DNA from: Centroscyllium fabricii
Taxonomy: Eukaryota
Assembly (NCBI GenBank): GCA_051313645.2
Contig: JBNRSN020000021.1
Span: 35,402,001 to 35,466,000, forward strand
Reading direction: 5' to 3'
Length of the DNA stretch: 64,000 nt
Part shown: positions 1 through 13,105 of the stretch, piece after piece
Numbering within the stretch: position 1 is the stretch's first letter
Layout of the letters: each line of letters begins with the position of its first letter
Notes under the pieces: model-generated
Told to the model about the DNA's origin: nothing
The model's input: the letters and a program-made list of their open reading frames with translations, nothing else
The model's database searches: none
Made by a program: the position numbers and the translations under genes

Positions 1-1460
1 ACGATCGCCTCTGCCACCCGGGTGTCACCAGACTCGCCCACTTCGTCAAATCCCGTAGCCTCCCCTACTCCATCATGGAGATAAAGGCTATGACCAAAGA
101 GTGCCGTGTCTGCGCCGAGTGCAAACCCCAATTTTACAGGCCAGACACGGCGCACATCATCAAGGCCACCCGCCCCTTTGAACGTCTGAGCGTGGACTTC
201 AAGGGTCCCCTCCCCTCCACTGACCGCAACTCATATTTCCTCACAGTCATAGATGAGTTCTAACGCTTCCCCTTCGCCTTCCCCTGCCCAGACATGACGA
301 GCGCAACGGTGATAAAGCACTTCACCACGCTGTTCATCATTTTCGGTCTCCCCAGCTACATCCATAGCGACCGGGGGTCGTCGTTCATGAGCAATGAACT
401 GCGTCAGTTTCTGATTCAGAAAGGGGTTGCCTCAAGCAGAATGACCAGTTACAACCCCCAGGTGAACGGGCAGGTAGAAAGAGAGAACGGGACTATCTGG
501 AAGGCGGTCAACCTGGGCCTGAAGTCCAGAGGCCTTCCAGTATCCCGTTGGCAGGAGGTCCTCCCAGACGCGCTCCATGCCATTCGCTCTCTGTTGTGTA
601 CTGCTACGAATTCAACACCTCACGACCTGTTATTTTCCTTCCCCAGGAAGTCGACTTCGGGGACAGCACTCCCAATGTGGCTCATGGCGCCGGGGCCGGT
701 CTTGCTTAGAAAACACATCCGCGGCCACAAGACTGACTCCCTGGTGGAACGGGTGCATCTACTACACGCCAACCCGTAGTATGCCTACGTTACATTCCCG
801 GACGGGCGCGAGGACATGGTATCGATCAGGGACCTGGCGCCCGCCGGGAGCACTAAGGCAGAACCCCCGGTCGAGCCTCAGCCCGACCAGCCACCACCCA
901 CCGACTACTGGCCCTCATACACACACAGACACACACCGGGGCCCTCGACAACACCGACCGATGACCCAGGATCGGACACCACGCCGCCGGCACCGTTGGC
1001 GGAGAGCCCGATCCCGGCACTGCAACAGGCACCAGCACCGTTACCGGAACCCCGGCGGTCCTCGAGGCAGACATGACCGCCGGAGAGACTGATAGCGCAG
1101 TGCTAACGGACATTTTAACTTTTTTTTTTCTTGTTACTGCTTCGCTCTCTCGTTCACCCCGCCGGACTTATTTTAAAGAAGGGGTGAATGTGGTAACCGT
1201 TATTACCAACTGTATATAGTTATGGGTTAATCGGCGGGACTTGTACACTGTGGGGTCACATATACCTGTATACTGTATGTAAGGCCAGGTCAGCCACACC
1301 TCTAACTCCTCCCCTCAGGTGGGAGCTTATAGGTGAGGGCCGCCCTGCCCCCGCTCATTCTCGCCTTGAACTCGACTGGAGACTAGCTCCATTATAAGTT
1401 AATAAAAGCCTATAGTTAAGGTAACTACTCGTCTTTCTTGTCTTGATTGACGATACGTCA
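1..1460 (+). mobile_element. Ty3/Gypsy LTR retrotransposon (family A), 3' part: decayed integrase, PPT and 3' LTR
   Basis: Integrase motifs CRVC, DFKG, HSDRG, ERENG in ORFs 75-263 and 294-779 with in-frame stops. PPT aaagaaggggtgaa 1175-1188. LTR TG...CA 1189-1460. Highly similar to 40640-41360. Confidence 0.93.
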
Positions 1461-2156
1461 CTCGCTTTAAGAGGTGTATCCTTGCTTTGAATAGGCCCCG
1501 GGAGTCATGCCGGACAAGAAAATGTATTTTTTGAATATCTGAATGCAAAGAAGAAAAAACCCAAGCAAAAACAGTAAACAATTTAAAGCACAATACACAA
1601 TCAAAACCCCTAAGGCAAGTTAAAGCCAATCAGTAATAAGATTGTACGGGCTAGAAATTTGGATAACGGCGTGCAAAGGACTTATTGCCCGGGGGGCGGG
1701 CAAAAAAAAATGGGGCATTATTGAGCTAGCCGATAATGGTACGCCCCCGCCGGTAATGCGCCAGGCCCCTGCATTGCCGGTGATGATGTCATTACCATGC
1801 GGCGCAATCCCTTAGTGCCCCGCAACAGAAATTCGGCTGCACCCCGCGAGGCTGCCACAGGCGATGTTCACGCCAGCCTGGCAAGTCACGAGTCATCGAC
1901 CTCCGCTCGCTGGGCAGTCTTTAAAGGGGAGCTGCGGCCCTCTGTGCTGGGATGTGGCGTGGTCCTGGCCACCATCGCGTAGCCCGGCACCGCCTCTAGG
2001 AGCTGACTGTGGCTGTGGCATCATGCCGTCCTGGTGGCCTAGTGTGGGTCATCGGAGGCCCTGCAGAGTGTGCAGTGGCCCTTCCATTTAACTGAAAGTG
2101 AGGGGTGTTGAATTGCGGCAGCCCTCCGCAGAGCGTTGCCGATAACGTCCTGACAT

Positions 2157-2595
2157 TAGATTGAGTCGATTGGTCTTATACTCACTGGAGTTCAGACGAT
2201 TGAGAGGGGATCTCATCGAAACCTACAAAATTCTGTCAGGCCTGGACAGACTGGATGCAGGAAGGATGTTTCCGATGAAAGGGGAGTCCAGAACCAGGGG
2301 CCATAGGCTAAGGATAAGGGGAAAGCCATTTAGGACTGAGATGAGGGGGAATTTCTTCACCCAGAGAGTGGTGAACCTGTGGAATACTCTGCCATAGAGG
2401 GTGGTGGAGGCCGGTTCATTAAATATATTCAAGAAGGAGTTGGATATATTTCTTCAGGCTGAAGGGATCAAGGGATATGGTGAGAAATCAGGGACAGGGC
2501 ACTGAATCTGAAAGATCAGTCATGATCTAATTGAATGGCGGAGCAGGCTCGAGGGGCCGAATGGCCTACTCCTGCTCCTATCTTCTATGTTTCTA
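2157..2595 (+). mobile_element. CR1 (HER1-like) LINE 3' fragment
   Basis: ORF2 C-terminus LYSLEFRRLRGDLIETYKI...FFTQRVVNLWN; tail cctactcctgctcctatcttctatgtttcta; tgacat repeated at 2151-2156 and 2596-2601. Confidence 0.9.
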
Positions 2596-2617
2596 TGACA
2601 TCACATCAGTTACCGCC

Positions 2618-2899
2618 TGTGGTAATCATATTACCATTGTATATAGTTGGGTTACACTACAGACCAGCATGTATAGTGGCTGGGTGCACTGTATATAGTA
2701 TTGTATAAGGACACTGTCGCGAGGTCAGGTCAGCCACACCTCTAACTCCTCCCCTCAGGTGAGAACCTTATAGGTGAGGTCTGACCTGCCCCCATTCATT
2801 CTGTACTCGATGTTCGACTGGAGACTAGCTCCATTTTTAAGTAATTAAAAGCCTATAGTTAAGGTAACTACTCGTCTTTGTCTTATTGACGATACGTCA
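2618..2899 (+). mobile_element. Solo LTR, Gypsy family A
   Basis: tgtggtaatc...gatacgtca, similar to 17611-17881; 5-bp TSD ccgcc (2613-2617 / 2900-2904). Confidence 0.93.
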
Positions 2900-3671
2900 C
2901 CGCCCCACCAGGAAGTGGAGTTCCGGGCGCTAACTTTACGGCCTTAACTCGGTTACCGCCCCAAATTGGAGCGTAACCAAATTTCCCTCCCTAAGATCAT
3001 GAAAACTGAGATAAAAATATTGTGGTGAGAGTCTGAGCAAGAACAAAGTCAAGGAGAACCATGAATGCTTAATCATGCTTGGTATGACGTGGATGCCACG
3101 GGCCAGGGCAAATCATGGAGTTTACACTGGGAAAAGTCTTGAGCAGATTTAAGACTTTGAACAATCACTTCAACCAGAGGGATTGGGTATTTGGGGTGGG
3201 CAAATGTTCATCACACAAAGATGAAAATGAGAGGATGATGGGTTTATGCAGGCATTGGAAGGACATGTGCAGCCAGAGCATGCAAGATGCAAACCTTCGC
3301 ATCCCGAGTGCAGAGAAATGGGGGAAAAAACCAAAGCTCATTCCCAAGCACCACTAAATACAATCCTGGAGCACAGCCAATAGTCAACTTCATTGTCATT
3401 AATAATTCAAAATATATAAATAAGTGAAGCTTGAGAAATCAAAGGGAACACATAATTATCCCCAGTTGAGCTAAAATTCCTCCTTAAAATCTGAGCAAGG
3501 CAGGAATGCCACTTGCCTCCAGAGAATTGGAAAGTACCAACATGCTGCAAACAAGAGGAGGTCAATTACATGTACCTTTTCAAAGTCCAATCGGATCGCC
3601 ACAGCAAAACCCAAGGCACAGTGCAATGGGTTGGCTGTGATAGAGATATCTGTGACGTACGTGACCTACAT

Positions 3672-4810
3672 TATCAAAGATGTGGAGATGCCGGTGTTGG
3701 ACTGGGGTGGACAAATGTAAGAAGTCACACAACACCAGGTTATAGTCCAACAGTTTTATTTGAAATCTCAAGCTTTCGGTGCGAACTGCCCTTTATCACA
3801 CATCGGCTGAGAGATAATCACTGCAATCACAGGTGTAAATGGTGTCCAAACATGCTCCGGGGCATCCTTTCCTGCAACGTATGAGGTAGACAACGTTGGC
3901 CGAGTCACATGAGTATGTACCATGTACCTGGTGGGTGGTGTCCTCATGTGTGATGATGGTATCTGTGTTGATGATCTGGCATGTCTTGCAGAGGTTGCTG
4001 TGGCAGGGTTGTGTGGTGTCGTGGTTGCTGTTCTCCTGAAACCTGTGTAATTTGCTGCGAACAATGGTCTGTTTGAGGTTAGGCGGCTGTTTGAAGGCGA
4101 GTCGTGGAGGTGTGGGGATGGCCTTAGCGAGGTGTTTGTCATCATCGATGACATGTTGAAGGCTGTGAAGAACATTGCATAGTTTCTCCGCTACGGGGAA
4201 GTACTAAATGATGAAGGGTACTCTATTGGTTGGGTCCCGTGTTTGTCTTCTGAGGAGGTCTATGCGATTTTTCGTTGTGGCCCATCGGAACTGTCAATTG
4301 ACGAGTCGAGTGTCATATCCTGTTCTTACGAGGGCGTCTTTCAGCATCTGTAGGTGTCCATCACGTTCCTCCTCGTCTGAGCAGATCCTGTGTATTCGCA
4401 GGGCTTGTCCATAGGGGATGGCTTCTTTAACGTGGTTAGGGTGGAAGCTGGAGAAGTGGAGCATCGTGAGGTTGTCCGTGGGCTTGCGGTAGAGTGAAGT
4501 GCTGAGGTGTCCATCTTTGATGGAGATTCGTGTGTCCAAGAATGAAACCGATTCTGAGGAGTAGTCCATGGTGCGTTTGATGGTGGGATGGAACTTGTTG
4601 AACGTGTAGTCTTTTCAGTGATTCTTCGCCGTGGGTCCATAGGAAAATGTCGTCGATGTATCTGGTATATAGCGTTGGTTGGAGTTCCTGTGCAGCAAAG
4701 AAGTCTTGCTCGAACTTGTGCATGAAGATGTTGGTGTATTGGGGTGCAAATTTGGTCCCCATGGCTGTTCCGTGTGTTTGGGTAAGGAACTGGTTGTCAA
4801 ATATGACTAT
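3672..4810 (-). mobile_element. Penelope-like retroelement fragment (RT, GIY-YIG region, 3' pLTR with decayed hammerhead)
   Basis: GTAMGTKFAPQYTNIFM...RYIDDIF and SFLDTRISIKDGHLSTSLYRKPTD are PLE RT motifs. Minus-strand GTGATAA...GAAAGCTT at about 3768-3800. Confidence 0.85.
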
Positions 4811-5029
4811 AACAGGACAAAGAGACAATCCTGAAGATAGCCCTATATCCCAGTTTGCACCATCCATTCTGGCCTAAAGTGTGCTCCTCCTCCCACTATG
4901 AATTGCTTCCTAATTGGTGGCAGAGTCTTCAGCCATCATTGCTCTGCCCTAGAATTTTTTTAAACCCCTCTCCTTTGCTACATCTCTTCCACCTTCAAAA
5001 GTTAATTCAAAAGCAACCTCTGTAAACAT

Positions 5030-6665
5030 GTCTTCAGTTCCTGCGTGCGGAAACCTCCGATCTGGAAATAAATCTATGCCCTTACCTGAGGGCTCCCGGG
5101 GCGCACACACTTCCGCTCTTGAGCCTCTCGAAATCCAAGTGCGCAAGGCCCACGTATCCCAGGGGTGCATGTCGTTCACAGCATCCCTGGGATTACGTGG
5201 GCCATGGGGAGTCAATCAAAGAAGGGAATCTCCCTTCTTACACTTCACAGGAAGACCCGTCAAATATATGAATGGAGATCACCCCCAAAACATAGTGAAA
5301 CTTTAAATAAACTTTTTATCACATTTTAAAAATGACTTGAAATTACCATAAATTAAAGATTTTAAACAAAAAATAAAAAAATTTGAAAAAAATAATTAAA
5401 GTGTTTTACGGGGGTAAAAATAAATTTACCTTTTTTTACAGTATTGTTAAATGATACATCAGTGAAAATGTTTTATTTTAAACTTTTTTCAACTCTTATC
5501 CTGGTAAAATCATGCCTCACTCCTGCTTTTACCAGTCGTAAGAATTGTAAGAGTTTTCTGTGGGCAGAGGGTCTCCAAAAAGCGGAACTATCCGCCCGCA
5601 GCCCAGAAAGAGGCCCTTCGGCCCATCGCGTCCGCGCCGGCCATCAAGCCCTGTCTATTCTAATCCCATTTTCGGGTATTTGGTCCGTAGCCTTGCATGC
5701 TATGGCATCTCAAGTGCTCATCTAAATGCTTCTTGAATGTTGTGAGGGTTCCTGCCTCTACCACCCTTTCAGGCAGTGAGTTCCAGATTCCAGCCACCTT
5801 CTGGGTGAAAAGGTTCTTCCTCAAATCCCCTATAAAGCTCCTGCCCCTTACCTTGAAACTGTGCCCCCTTGTTAGTGACCCCTCTACTAAGGGGAAAAAG
5901 TTCCTTTCTATCTATGTCCCTCATAATTTTGTACACCTCAATCAGTTCCCCCCTCAGCCTTCTCTGCTCCAAGGCAAATAACTCCAGCCTGTCCAGTCTT
6001 TCTTCATAGCTGAAGCGCTCCAGCCCAGGTAACATCCTAGTGAATCTCCTCTGCACCCTCTCCAATGCAATCACATCCTTCCTAGTGTGGCGACCAGAAC
6101 TGCACACAGTACTCCAGCTGTGGCCTTACTAGTGTTTTGTACAGCTCCATCATAACCTCCCTGCTCTTGTATTTCATGCCTCGGCTAATGAAGGCAAGTA
6201 TCCCATATGCCTTTTTAACCACCTTATCCACCTGTCCTGCTGCCTTCAGGGATCTATGTACATGCACACCTAGGTCCCTCTGATCCTCTGTCTTTCCTAG
6301 GGTCTTACCATTCATTGTGTATTCCCTTGCCTCGTTAGTCCTTCCAAAATGCATCACCTCACACTTTTCAGGGTTAAATTCCATTTGCCACTTTCCGCCC
6401 ATCTGACCAACCCATTTATATCGTCCTGCAGACTGAGGCTTCCCTCCTCGCTATTTACCGCCCCACCAATTTTCATGTCATCTGCGAACTTACTGATCAC
6501 ACCTTTTACATTCATATCCAAATCATTAATGTAGACCATTCTTGACAGATCGAAAATGTCGGTTTTCAGCACATGCGCTGTGCATGCCTGAAACCGACAC
6601 TTCCGATGTCCCTATGGGTGGGTACACAGCGCGTACCCACCCGTAGGGATCAGAATATCTGGGCC
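5030..6665. mobile_element. MITE of the ggcccagaa-TIR family, interrupted by CR1 (left end uncertain)
   Basis: Right end gaatatctgggcc; internal similarity to 35642-36480 and 54287-55010. Confidence 0.55.
5595..6530 (-). mobile_element. CR1 LINE 3' fragment (second subfamily)
   Basis: ISKFADDMKIGG, WQMEFNPEKCEVMHFG, LVRPQLEYCVQFWSP, LERVQRRFTRMLPGL across frameshifts. Confidence 0.92.
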
Positions 6666-7367
6666 ATTGATTAACCATCCCAGGCACAGACAGTGCAACT
6701 GTAGTGGTATGTGAGAGATACAATGGACATTTTTCAATTGTACCTCCTGTGGGTAGATGCTAATCAGTAGTCTAGGGAATGTGGACCAAACAGTATTCTG
6801 TCTGAAATTGTACAATTCAGATTGACTACCCACTCCATTTACTTTTTTTAACTTGTTAATTTAGAGAGATTTACAGGTTTAAACCAACAAAAACAAAGAA
6901 TATAGTACGTAATTTCATTTGAAGATGACATTCAAACCTGGTAACAGGAGAACAAACCACCAGAACCCCTCAAGCATGTATGATTTATAATTGATCAGTA
7001 GATTAGCTATGACCAAATCAATTGGGTGGGGTGGGGGAGGGGGGGAGGGATAATCTAGTCTTTCAAAACATAAGAGCATGCAGAATGCCAAAGAAAGCCC
7101 ACAACCAAATTAGCTCTCCAAAATTGATGGAGAACTAGTCTTATCACAGCAATTCCGATACGTAGTATATCAGACAGACTTGCACGTAATACAAGCATAT
7201 CATGCATCTGATTAAAAGATGTTAATTGACTGCTTGGCACGTGATTACATATGAAAGTTTTGGGAATTAACTGGCAAACAGTTTCTCACTCGTCATTTGG
7301 AATATTTCCAGGGAGGTGAGCCTGCCACATCTTCTGAAGCCCAAATAATTTAGTGGCTTGTTTGGAA

Positions 7368-7826
7368 TAGAAACATAGAAAACTAGGAGCAGGAGTAGGC
7401 CATTCGGCCCTTCGAGCCTGCTCCACCATTCAATATGATCATGGCTGATCCTCTATCTCAATACCATATTGCTGCTCACTCCCCATAACCCTTGATGCCT
7501 TTTGTTTCTAGAAATCTGTCTCCTTTTCAAATACATTCAATGACTTGGCCTCCACAGCCTTCTTCTGTGGTAGAGAATTCCACAGGTTCACCACCCTCTG
7601 AGTGAAGAAATTTCTCCTAATCTCAGTCCAAAATGTCCTACCCTGTATCCTGAGACTGTGACCCCTCGTTCTAGACCCCCTCAGCAAGGGGAAACATCCT
7701 CCCTGCATCCAGTCTGTCTAGCCCTGTCAGAATTTTATACGTTTCAATGAGATCCCCTCTCATTCTTCTAAACTCTAGTGAATACAGGCCTAGTCGACCC
7801 AATCTCTCCTCATACGACAGTCCTGC
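7368..7826 (-). mobile_element. CR1 LINE 3' fragment
   Basis: LSYEERLGRLGLYSLEFRRMRGDLIETYKIL; CR1 tail on the minus strand. Confidence 0.9.
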
Positions 7827-8134
7827 AAAATAGTGTCCATCTGTGAGAACAGCGTACTCACAAAAACAGAACCAGATCAAAAGAATTGCATTGCCGAGGA
7901 CAACTGAGATAGTCGAAGCATGCCTTTTGGCATGAAAGGAAAGGAAATGGAATTGGAAATAAAAAAAACAAATTGCGACCGTTGAGAGGATATTTACAGT
8001 TTTCCTCCCTCCCCCCTGCCACCCCCCCCCCACCTGATTTGAACAATGTTGAGGAATAAGTAGGGAAGGGAAGGAAAAAAATGAATAAGAACGCAATATA
8101 TGAGATTCGCTGAAGAAACATGATAACAAGTAGA

Positions 8135-8295
8135 GGAACTCTCCCTCAGTGACTCAGTTGTTAAGTGCACTGCCCAGTGTGGAACTGAGCCATACGGACC
8201 AAGAAGTTTGTGTTGAATTAGCAGATCTCACCCAGAGTGGGTCCATCAACTGGGCTAGTGACTGGAAAAATCAGCCAGGCTTCCCCTTCCTGAAA
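8135..8295 (+). repeat. Old degenerate tRNA-derived SINE head (AmnSINE2-like)
   Basis: gtgactcagttgttaa A-box-like motif; actgagccatacggacc...ttagcagatctca resembles ancient vertebrate SINEs from recall. Confidence 0.35.
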
Positions 8296-8344
8296 GTTAT
8301 TTTCTACAAAGTACTCATAGTGATGATATAAGAACATAATAGCA

Positions 8345-8795
8345 TAATGACATAAGAAATATGAGCAGTAGTAGGCCAATCGGCCCCTCGAGCCTGCTCC
8401 GCCATTCAATGAGATCATGGCTGATCTGATCTTAACCTCAAATCTACTTACACTCTCCATCCCACCGGAACCCATGTGATCTCCCGGGAGAGGCGAAAAA
8501 CCAGATAAAAAACCCAGTGGCCAATTTGGGAGAAGAAATCTGGGAAATTCCTCTCCGACCCATCAAGGCGATCGAAACTCATCCAGGAGATCACGTTGGC
8601 CCGGAATTTCCTGCAGAACCTACCTTCTGTAAGAGGTGACCAGGCCACATGGCCCCTGGGCCCACTCTACCACCCACAGGACCATGGCCGATCGGAACCT
8701 AGACTAACGTCCACTTACCTGCCCGCTCACCGTAACCCCTAATTCCCTTTACTTCCAGGAAACTGTCTATCTCTGTTGTAAATTTAGTCAATGTT
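8345..8795 (-). mobile_element. CR1 3' UTR fragment with a ~250-bp internal segment
   Basis: CR1 tail 8345-8445 and upstream CR1 UTR 8695-8795 flank unassigned sequence. Confidence 0.6.
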
Positions 8796-8934
8796 GTAGC
8801 AGGGCTGGAGTGAGCATTAGAGAAGTCTGTGTTGTCTTACAATCTAAAATATAAATAAAGGCACTTTTTAAGCAGAACATGTTTTTACTGTGACATCCAT
8901 TACCACAATGTTAACCCAATGATAATCTGAAGCT

Positions 8935-9334
8935 GGGCGGCACGGTGGCATAGTGGTTAGCACTGTTGCCTTACAGCACTAGAGACCCGGGTTCAAATCC
9001 AGCCTCGGGTGACTATCTGTGTGGAGTTTGCACATTCTCCCCGTGTCTGCGTGGGTTTCCTCCAGGTTACGGTTTCCTCCCACAGTCCAAAGATGTGCGG
9101 GTTAGGTTGATTGGCCAGTATAAATTGACCCTTAGTGTTAGGGGGATTGAATATGTGGGGTTATGGGGATAGGGTGGGATATGTGTCGGGGCAGGCTCGA
9201 TAGGGATCGAGGGATATGGGGAGAGGGCAGGGACAGGGTGCTGGGTTTGGATGATCAGCCATGATCTCATTGAATGGCGGAGCAGGCTCAAAGGGCCGAA
9301 TGGCCTACTCCTGCTCCTATCTTCTATGTTTCTA
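8935..9334 (+). mobile_element. V-SINE (HE1-like): tRNA head, V core, CR1 tail
   Basis: A box gtggcatagtgg, B box ggttcaaatcc; core tgtgtggagtttgcacattctccccgtgtctgcgtgggtttcctcc; tail shared with CR1. Confidence 0.92.
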
Positions 9335-10151
9335 TTCATTTATTTTCAAATTGATCCAGTTGTCTTTTGACCTTATAAAATGAAAGATATTTTTAAATCT
9401 TATTCCTTGTTACAACAGCATTTTTGACACCAAAATCAAAAATATACAGTAATGAGAGAATTTTTGTAGCTCACAATTAGAATAGGAACATGAGTTAATA
9501 TAGAATTTGAGGTATACATTGCCTATTGATTGCATTGCTTCAGTGAATCATCTACAGTGTACAGTGTCATGGACTATCCCAGTTCATTCTCCAGATAGAG
9601 ATGGAATTGAGCATTGCTGTTTCACATACAGTGATATTCCAAGGAAGAGCAAACTCCGAGTTCAGAGTTTTGAACAGCGACGTGATTGTATTGCCACCAG
9701 TGCAAAGATACAATTAATATAGCACCAACATTTTCAGCAACTGTCTCTTTTCCTCTGCCAGACTGACTAGCTAGAAACCTGACCTCGCATAGCCACACAT
9801 GTCCACATGTGCCTGGCTTCACTGTCTTTAATATACCTATGTATGTGAACTGGCTGCTTTTCTTGATCAAAAGCCCTCCCCCCCCACCCCCCTTGGTTTC
9901 TTTCTTCCAGTTTTGGCCAATTTTCTAACATTTGCCCACATCTCACTGCATTGAGCCTTTCCCAGTCCCCGTTAATGCCTATTCTTCTTGATTGTGGATC
10001 TCCTTTCCTGCTGCTATTCCAGACTTGAATTCCTCCAAGGTGGGACCTACCAAACTCCAACCAACACAAACTACAACTCCTTCGGAATGCGACTACCAAC
10101 TTGTTATCCCATGCGGTCCTGCTCACCCATTAACCTAGTCCTTGCTGACCT

Positions 10152-11032
10152 CATAAGAACATCAGGAGCAGGAGTAGGCCAGTCGGCCCCTCGAGCCTGC
10201 TCCACCATTTAATAAGATCATGGCTGATCCAATCTTAGCCTCAACAACACTTTCCTGCTTTCTCCCCATACCCCTTGACTCCCTAATAGTTCAAATGTCT
10301 GTCAGTCTCCGCCTTGAATATATTCAATGACTTCGCCTCCACAGCTCGCTGGGGTAGAGAATTCCAAAGATTCACGACCCTCTGAGAGAAGAAATTACTC
10401 CTCATCTCCATCTTAAAAGGGAAACCCCTTATTCTGAAACTATGCCCCCTAGTTCTAGATACTGCCACTAGTGGAAATATATAATGCCCCTCAGAGTCTT
10501 ATATGTTTCAATAAGATCACCTCTCATTCTTCGAAACTCCAATGAGTATAGACCCAAAGTGCTCAACCTTTCATCATACATCAACCCCTTCATCCTAGTG
10601 AACCTTCTCTGCACTGCCTCCAATGCAAATATATCCTTCCTTAAATATGGAGACCAAAACTGTACGCAGTACTCCAGGTGCGGTCTCACCAGCGCCCTGT
10701 AAAGTTGCATCAAAACGTCCCTAATTTTATACTCCATACCCCTTACAATAAAGGCCAACATTCCAGTAGCCTTCCTCATTACTTACTGTACCTGCATGCT
10801 AACTTTTTGTGTTTCATGTACTAGGACCCCCAGATCCCTTTGTATCACAGCATTTTGTCATCTCACTCCATTTAAATAATAATTTGCTTTTTCATTCTTC
10901 CTTCCAAAGTGGATAACCTCACATTTTACCACATTATACCCATCTGTCAAATTTTTACTCACTCGCTTAACCTATCTATATCCCTTTGCAGACTCTTTGT
11001 GTCCTCCTCACAACTTGCTAACCCAACTGTCT
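10152..11032 (-). mobile_element. CR1 LINE 3' fragment
   Basis: LYRALVRPHLEYCVQFWSPYLRKD...; CR1 tail at 10152-10250. Confidence 0.9.
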
Positions 11033-11225
11033 TTGGGTACTATCTGTGTGGAGTTTGCACATTCTTCCCGTGTCTGCGTGGGTTTCCTCCGGGTGCTCCG
11101 GTTTCCTCCCACAGTCCACAGATGTGCGGGTTAGGTTGATTGGCCATGATAAATTGACCCTTAGTGTTAGGGGGGTTGAATATGTGGGGGTACGGGGATA
11201 GGGTGGGATACGTGTTGGTGCAGTT
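11033..11225 (+). mobile_element. Partial V-SINE (core only)
   Basis: Same core as 8935-9334, head and tail missing. Confidence 0.85.
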
Positions 11226-11239
11226 TTGCTTTTTTGCAC

Positions 11240-11904
11240 TGAGAAATTCCCATTAGCCTTGCCTGTCAGAGCTCCGTGCGAGTTCTGAACGGCCTAATTA
11301 GTGTGAGATGGCTTTTGAGACCAGCTGATTGGCAGGGAGCCAATCAGTGGAAGCAATTCTCTGTTCAAAACTTCCACAGAGACATCTGTGCGAGTTTTGA
11401 AAAGGGAGAATCTCAAAAGACACCTAAACACAAAAATAAAATTTTACAAACACCACATTTTTTAAACATTACCCCAACTAACACAAATAACCTATTTTAA
11501 AGAAAAAATAAAAATTTGCAGAATTTTTTTTTCACTTCCAACAGGTCTAAAAAAATACTTACCTGTCTTTAAAGTTAGCAACAATTAAAAACCTGAAAAA
11601 ACAACAATTAAAATCAATAAAATATACACTTACCAGATGAAAACGGGTGTTAACGACTGCTTTTTCCCAGCGTTGATTTTTCTCCTCTTGGTCCGTAGAA
11701 AAAGTATAAAAAAACGGTGGAAAGTCTGGGCGGTCCTGTAGTTCGCAGCTTCCTGCAGTGGACCTCGCAGGAAGCACTGACCCCCCCGCTGGGCAGCACA
11801 GGAAGGCCTGAAGCGTGCGCACCGGCAGCTTCCTGCGGGTTTAAGCTCTGGTGCACTCGCACCAGAGCTTAAACCCGATATGCGATGACGGGAATTTCTG
11901 GGCC
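11240..11904. mobile_element. MITE fragment of the ggcccagaa-TIR family
   Basis: Right TIR ggaatttctgggcc 11891-11904; AT-rich centre, GC-rich end. Confidence 0.55.
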
Positions 11905-12002
11905 AACATAAACAATTGCACTCGCATGGAATGAGCTGACATCACGTGGAGGGGTCTACAGTGCCATGTGGAATAACTGCCATCTTTCTAATTTTACCCA
12001 AG

Positions 12003-12061
12003 GACATCTGCAACACTTTCCTGTTCCAAATAGAACCTTACATGCTGTTCTCCCACATTCT
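12003..12061 (+). CDS. Candidate host-gene exon (DICNTFLFQIEPYMLFSHIL), product unknown
   Basis: Acceptor ctaattttacccaag, donor gtaagt; open frame ending in phase 2, compatible with exon 15597-15685. Confidence 0.4.
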
Positions 12062-12919
12062 GTAAGTGCAGTAAATATCTAAACAGCTTTTCACCAAAAC
12101 AGCTGTTCGGTTTGTTTTTTCCGAGGCTGCGGTAAACAGCACGTGTGGTTCTTGACAACGCGTACCATTTTCCAATACACCTGCTTTACTCGGAATTCCG
12201 ACGATCCCTTTTCTGCTTCAATCATTGAGCCATTTGGTCAATAAGTTTTGCCCAGTTTTTAACATGAAATAGGAGGGGAGAAAAAGACAGCTGCGAAAGA
12301 AACAAAGCTAGGAAAGCAATTATATGGATCCATGCAGGAGGCAATGTACTTTTAATTTTGTATAGATTTAAATTGAGCTTTATAAAAAGCCCCAGGAAAA
12401 GAGAGATTATCTGTTTAACTACCCCAGCCTACACCAGCTGTGCTCATGCTAATAGTAAATTCTCTCCATTACTTAACAGTTTGCTTTTAAAGGCAACTCG
12501 TTTGAACTGCTTGACTCTTCTTCCAAATGAGGCTAATCATTAAAAAAAAGTTACACTATGATATCTCATAATTGATGCTAAATTCTATTTGTTACAACAA
12601 AGCGCTACAGCAAGCAGGAGATATTTAATTCCATGGTCTGTTTGCAAAGCAAGGCTATGAAACTAATCGCAAGCCGGCAGTGTTGCAGTAGGGTGCTTGT
12701 CTTACACCTCCACAGTCACAGTTTGAGTCTTGGCAGAGATTGGCGCTCCAAGTTGATGGCCATATGCTGGGTGCATGTATGTCATTTCTTCTTTGAGCTT
12801 CGTCGCAGATTAAGATTGTACGTTGGGAAGGGAAAAGACTCACACTATGGTTATTTGACCAGAACTGACGGATGAATGTTTTCCTGCATAGGTTTTGGGC
12901 TGAAATACTTCTTCGGCGT

Positions 12920-13105
12920 AAAGGCTGACAGTGGTAGCTACAGTCAGACGTGTACACACTGTGTAAAGCTGACACTCAGACATATACGCCCTCTAAAAGC
13001 TGACGACGGTAGCTATACTCAGACATGTGCACACTGTAAAAGCTGACATTCAGACATGTACACACTGTGTGAAGCTGACATTGGTAGCTGCACTCAAACA
13101 TGTAT
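12920..13105. repeat. Degenerate minisatellite (aagctgac...cagacatgtacacactgt, ~30-42 bp units)
   Basis: About five recurrences of gctgac and of tcagac / tcaaac. Confidence 0.7.

Larger units (their letters stand above)
1648..2991. mobile_element. Non-autonomous Harbinger-like MITE interrupted by a CR1 fragment and a solo LTR
   Basis: Imperfect TIRs gggctagaaatttggata / taaccaaatttccctccc; flanks tac/taa. Confidence 0.65.

Noticed and set aside
8935-9010. tRNA gene (also at other SINE heads)
   Set aside because: The A/B boxes run straight into the V-SINE core and CR1 tail; these are multi-copy SINE heads.
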